From Nitrososphaeraceae archaeon (GTDB taxonomy: Archaea > Thermoproteota > Nitrososphaeria > Nitrososphaerales > Nitrososphaeraceae): a DNA stretch of 32,000 nt. The translations under genes and the position numbers were made by a program. The notes below the pieces were generated by a model, which saw only the letters and a program-made list of their open reading frames with translations, did no database searches and was not told the DNA's origin. The DNA lies in NCBI GenBank assembly GCA_035643635.1, contig DASQQB010000139.1:54865-86864 (forward strand), in the 5' to 3' direction. Of the stretch, positions 28,801-32,000 are shown piece after piece. Positions within the stretch are counted from its first letter, which is position 1; the number at the start of each line of letters is the position of its first letter.

Positions 28801-29394
28801 TTGTTTACCATGAACAAGAAACAGAGAACAAGCTATTTACTGGGATTATCTAGCATTAGTTTGGCACTAGCATTTATGGTCTTGCCAAACAATAATGCAT
28901 TAGCCCAGAATAACAATGGAATAGGTAGAAACATGCCATCCATGACAACAACGGCTCTAGGTAGTAACAGCAAACAAACTCCTTGGAATCCGCTTTCTAT
29001 GAGCAGTTCTGAAAATTGGACAGGTTCTATATCACTGTTAAGCCCTATTATAGATGCATACAAGTCAAAGATCCATACCACGCTCAATGATGCTATTACA
29101 AGTGCAAAAAATGTTGTAGGAGGTTCAAATTCTTCAGCTGTTGCCGCATTTATACATCCACAAAGAGGGTTCTTGGTGTATAATGTATTCGTTCTTGACT
29201 CCAGTAACAATATTCATAGAGTAATTATAGATCCAGGAAATGGAAGGGTATTGTCTAACCTAGGACTATCTATGCCGGATATGATGAGTATGATGCATCC
29301 CTCTATGGGAATGGGTGGGATGATGGATAATGGCGGTGGGATGATGGATAATGGCGGTAGGATGATGGGTTCCTTTAATGGTCCGTGGCATTAA
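28801..29394 (+). CDS. Exported PepSY-like protein with Met/Gly-rich C-terminal tail
   Basis: Signal peptide ending ALAQ; LNDAITSAKNVVG...VAAFIHPQRGFLVYNVFVLDSSNNIHRVIIDPGNGRVL is PepSY-like; tail MMSMMHPSMGMGGMMDNGGGMMDNGGRMMG. Confidence 0.65.
   Translation: MFTMNKKQRTSYLLGLSSISLALAFMVLPNNNALAQNNNGIGRNMPSMTTTALGSNSKQTPWNPLSMSSSENWTGSISLLSPIIDAYKSKIHTTLNDAITSAKNVVGGSNSSAVAAFIHPQRGFLVYNVFVLDSSNNIHRVIIDPGNGRVLSNLGLSMPDMMSMMHPSMGMGGMMDNGGGMMDNGGRMMGSFNGPWH
29317..29358 (+). repeat. Two perfect tandem 21-bp units inside the Met-rich tail
   Basis: gggatgatggataatggcggt at 29317-29337 and 29338-29358, followed by the partial unit aggatgatgg. Confidence 0.9.
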
Positions 29395-29772
29395 CAGCAA
29401 AATAGACTAGCGATTTATGTAATAAAGTTAATTATCCTTTTTTTTCTTATACAATTCTTATCCTGGTCAAATCATGTTTAACCTCTGTTGGCAGTGAATA
29501 AGAGATTATTATCATCCACAATATTTATGGATACTATCACTTTTAGTAAGAGCAGATGTTAACAAACTAACAAACTAATTCAGGATGACAATAAGGTCGC
29601 GGTTTTTAATGAAAATGTAAATAATATTAATGAACATGATATATCTATATGATAAACCTTGAAATTGCATATTCAGTAAGTCGCAGAAATATAATTCAAA
29701 TTTTAGCTTCAAAGTTAAAAATTATCTATGGATACAATCAATCTTGATCATAAAGTGTCCTGCTTATAATTG

Positions 29773-30345
29773 CTAAAATAAGACCTCGTAAAGCTTTCTA
29801 AGAATTTTCGCTGTAGCGCCCCATACAATATCATTTTTGTATGTGAATTTATAAACATCGTTAACTGATGAATCGTAGTGATCAAGGTCAAGAGTCATGG
29901 TATCCAAGAGTTCAAAGATAGGCGCATCGATTAATCTTTCTACCTCACATGAAAGAATTTTAAGGTGGGGAATTTTATGTTGCAATGTTATAAATGGTGT
30001 TATCATGAAATTCGATGTCAATGTACTTACAGTTGTCAAACTTCCGATTATGTCTTTATGCCTGAGCAAAAGACCAATTTCTTCCTTCGTTTCTCTTATT
30101 GCAGTATGACGTAATGATTTGTCCCTTAAGGAGTATTTTCCTCCGGGAAAAGATATTTCTGAGCTGTGAGACTGAAGACCAGAGCTTCGCTTTGTTAAAA
30201 GAACATGTGGTGTTTTGTAATTGTAATGAATTATAATCATAACTGCGGCACTACGAGACAACTTATTGTAATGTGACAAAAAAATGGATTGTGGTTTTGC
30301 AATTATTGGTTGAATTTTTGAGGCAACCTGCTCAGGGCTTAACAT
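29773..30345 (-). CDS. NUDIX hydrolase, CoA pyrophosphatase-like
   Basis: NUDIX box FPGGKYSLRDKSLRHTAIRETKEEIGL preceded by VLLTKRSSGLQSHSSEISFPGG. Confidence 0.9.
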   Translation of the reverse strand: MLSPEQVASKIQPIIAKPQSIFLSHYNKLSRSAAVMIIIHYNYKTPHVLLTKRSSGLQSHSSEISFPGGKYSLRDKSLRHTAIRETKEEIGLLLRHKDIIGSLTTVSTLTSNFMITPFITLQHKIPHLKILSCEVERLIDAPIFELLDTMTLDLDHYDSSVNDVYKFTYKNDIVWGATAKILRKLYEVLF

Positions 30346-30554
30346 TTGTATTTGTATTTTATAACAAAACTATAAAATTAAAGTTACGGGATATGCATAT
30401 GAATAAATCATAGTATACGAGAACCACTATTGGTAATTCTAATTCTCTGATATAACTCCGTTCTCAGATAATTTAACCTCTTTCTATAATGTCTTAGTTT
30501 AATACTAATAAAAATAATAGTAATATATATAATCAATAGATATCTAAAGCCAAA

Positions 30555-31319
30555 ATGAGGATCACTTATGAATTAAACCCTCCAAAAATAGTGAAAGATG
30601 AGCGTTTAGATCTTTTGTCGATAAACCAAGAAATAGAGGTACTTTTAAGACGTGCTTCTTCATTAGTTGAATATGCAGATGGAATTCACCTAACTGATTC
30701 CGTTTTAGGAGTACCGCGTATGTCCAGTATTACCGCTGCACGATTCTTAAAATTGGCACATAATCCATTGAATATAAGTTGTAGTATAAGAACCAGAGAT
30801 AGAAACTTCACGGCCATATGTCAATTTGTATTAGATGCGATATTACTAGGTGTAGATAGCTTGCTCGTTTTAATGGGAGATGAGCCATCCTCTGGTCCGA
30901 AAGGTTTTGGACTTAAACCCAGCGATGTAATACATATGCTGAGATATGAAAAGTATGATATGGCTATTGACTTTAATCTGACAATTCCAAGTGAAATAAA
31001 AGAAATATCTTGTATTCAAAAGAAGCTAGCGGCCAAACCTAAAGCCTTTGTTTCACAATCAATCAAGTCCCTATCAGATCTAGGACGCATTGTAGATTGT
31101 ATAAAACCCTATGGCATTAAAGTTGTTGCATGTATTATGGCTCCTTCAGAAAAAAACAAGCTTTCTGCTGAGATGATAGGACTAGATTTCAAACAATACG
31201 AAAATAATCCAGTCGATTTTATAAAACAGGCAGCTGAGATTGCAGATGAGGTACTACTTACTTCTCCAAACAGTTTTAGGACAGGAATTGATCTGCTCTC
31301 ACTACTAAAAGGAAAATAA
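30555..31319 (+). CDS. Methylenetetrahydrofolate reductase (MetF)-like protein
   Basis: MRITYELNPPK, ADGIHLTDSVLGVPRMSSITAA and DSLLVLMGDEPS follow the MTHFR barrel pattern. Confidence 0.75.
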   Translation: MRITYELNPPKIVKDERLDLLSINQEIEVLLRRASSLVEYADGIHLTDSVLGVPRMSSITAARFLKLAHNPLNISCSIRTRDRNFTAICQFVLDAILLGVDSLLVLMGDEPSSGPKGFGLKPSDVIHMLRYEKYDMAIDFNLTIPSEIKEISCIQKKLAAKPKAFVSQSIKSLSDLGRIVDCIKPYGIKVVACIMAPSEKNKLSAEMIGLDFKQYENNPVDFIKQAAEIADEVLLTSPNSFRTGIDLLSLLKGK

Positions 31320-31330
31320 TATATTTATAG

Positions 31331-32000
31331 TTACAAGTTATCTTCCATTCTTCTCGTTGTGATTATTTCTGTTTTAAGTTCATCTAATACTTTGCTTCTA
31401 TATGGATGCAAGTTATTGTCCTCGCTTAATCTTGGTCTCCTATAGTCTACTATAATCTCTTTTTTTACTCTTCCTGGTCTACTTGTAAATATTATAACCT
31501 TGTCTCCAAGGCAAACAGATTCAGTTATATTGTGAGTAACAAATACTATAGTCTTTCTTGTTTTAGCCCAAATTAATTGTAATTCTACTAAAAGTAAATC
31601 CCTAGTCTGTGAATCAAGTGCAGCGAAAGGCTCATCCATCAATAATACCTCTGGATCCATAACGAGTGCTCGTGCAATCGCAACTCTTTGCTTCATTCCT
31701 CCGGAGAGTTGATAAATATATGCTTCGGCAAATTTTGTTAATTGCATCATATTGAGATAATGCATCGCTATTTCATGTCTTTTGTCCTTTTGAACACCAG
31801 CCATCTTTAGGCCAAACTCTACATTATCTAGTACTTTAAGCCATGGAAACAAAGCGTTTTCTTGAAATACCATGATCCTATCTGGACCAGTCTCTACTGC
31901 TAACCTGCCATTAAGAACTACTTCACCTTCACTGGGTTTGTCTAATCCTGACAATATGCTAAGTAAAGTGGACTTTCCACAACCAGATGGACCGACGAAG
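31331..32000 (-). CDS. ABC transporter ATP-binding protein (NitT/TauT type), N-terminus beyond the window
   Basis: Walker A FVGPSGCGKSTLLSIL is readable to base 32000 upstream of the track start; QLSGGMKQRVAIARAL, LLMDEPFAALD and FVTHNITESVCLGDKV. Confidence 0.95.
   Translation of the reverse strand, partial: FVGPSGCGKSTLLSILSGLDKPSEGEVVLNGRLAVETGPDRIMVFQENALFPWLKVLDNVEFGLKMAGVQKDKRHEIAMHYLNMMQLTKFAEAYIYQLSGGMKQRVAIARALVMDPEVLLMDEPFAALDSQTRDLLLVELQLIWAKTRKTIVFVTHNITESVCLGDKVIIFTSRPGRVKKEIIVDYRRPRLSEDNNLHPYRSKVLDELKTEIITTRRMEDNL

Noticed and set aside
28833-29210. 125-aa minus-strand ORF
   Set aside because: Antisense to the signal-peptide-bearing PepSY-like gene, which is better supported.

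Overview
AT-rich archaeal chromosomal window, best matched to an ammonia-oxidising thaumarchaeon of the Nitrososphaerales / Nitrosocosmicus type. That placement is inferred from a eukaryote-like topoisomerase IB, RNase P protein genes next to ribosomal protein eS1, a two-domain-type multicopper oxidase and overall gene content. Most of the window is ordinary housekeeping or transport: a truncated membrane protein (probably the C-terminus of a glycosyltransferase), a C39-like/TPR protein, a CorA transporter, an Opp/Dpp-type ABC importer (SBP plus two permeases, no ATPase), a JAMM protease, TopoIB, a tRNA with CAT anticodon, a fumarase/aspartase family enzyme, TrpA, a multicopper oxidase, DUF309, an aldo/keto reductase, PurN, RNase P Pop5 and Rpp30, a COG1325-like RNA-binding protein, eS1, a DUF72-like/Y-family DNA polymerase fusion, a PepSY-like Met-rich exported protein, a NUDIX hydrolase, an MTHFR-like protein and a truncated NitT/TauT-type ATPase. 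Signals not in the ORF track include: a decayed mannosyl-3-phosphoglycerate phosphatase pseudogene (about 3245-3803, minus); a 48-aa, 12-cysteine microprotein (3051-3197); a 44-aa single C2H2 zinc-finger microprotein (4091-4225); a probable ATT start with a strong Shine-Dalgarno for the RNase P p30 gene; and the single-chain DUF72-DinB fusion. No CRISPR array, transposon or obvious defence system was seen. All calls come from reading the sequence only; no database search was run.
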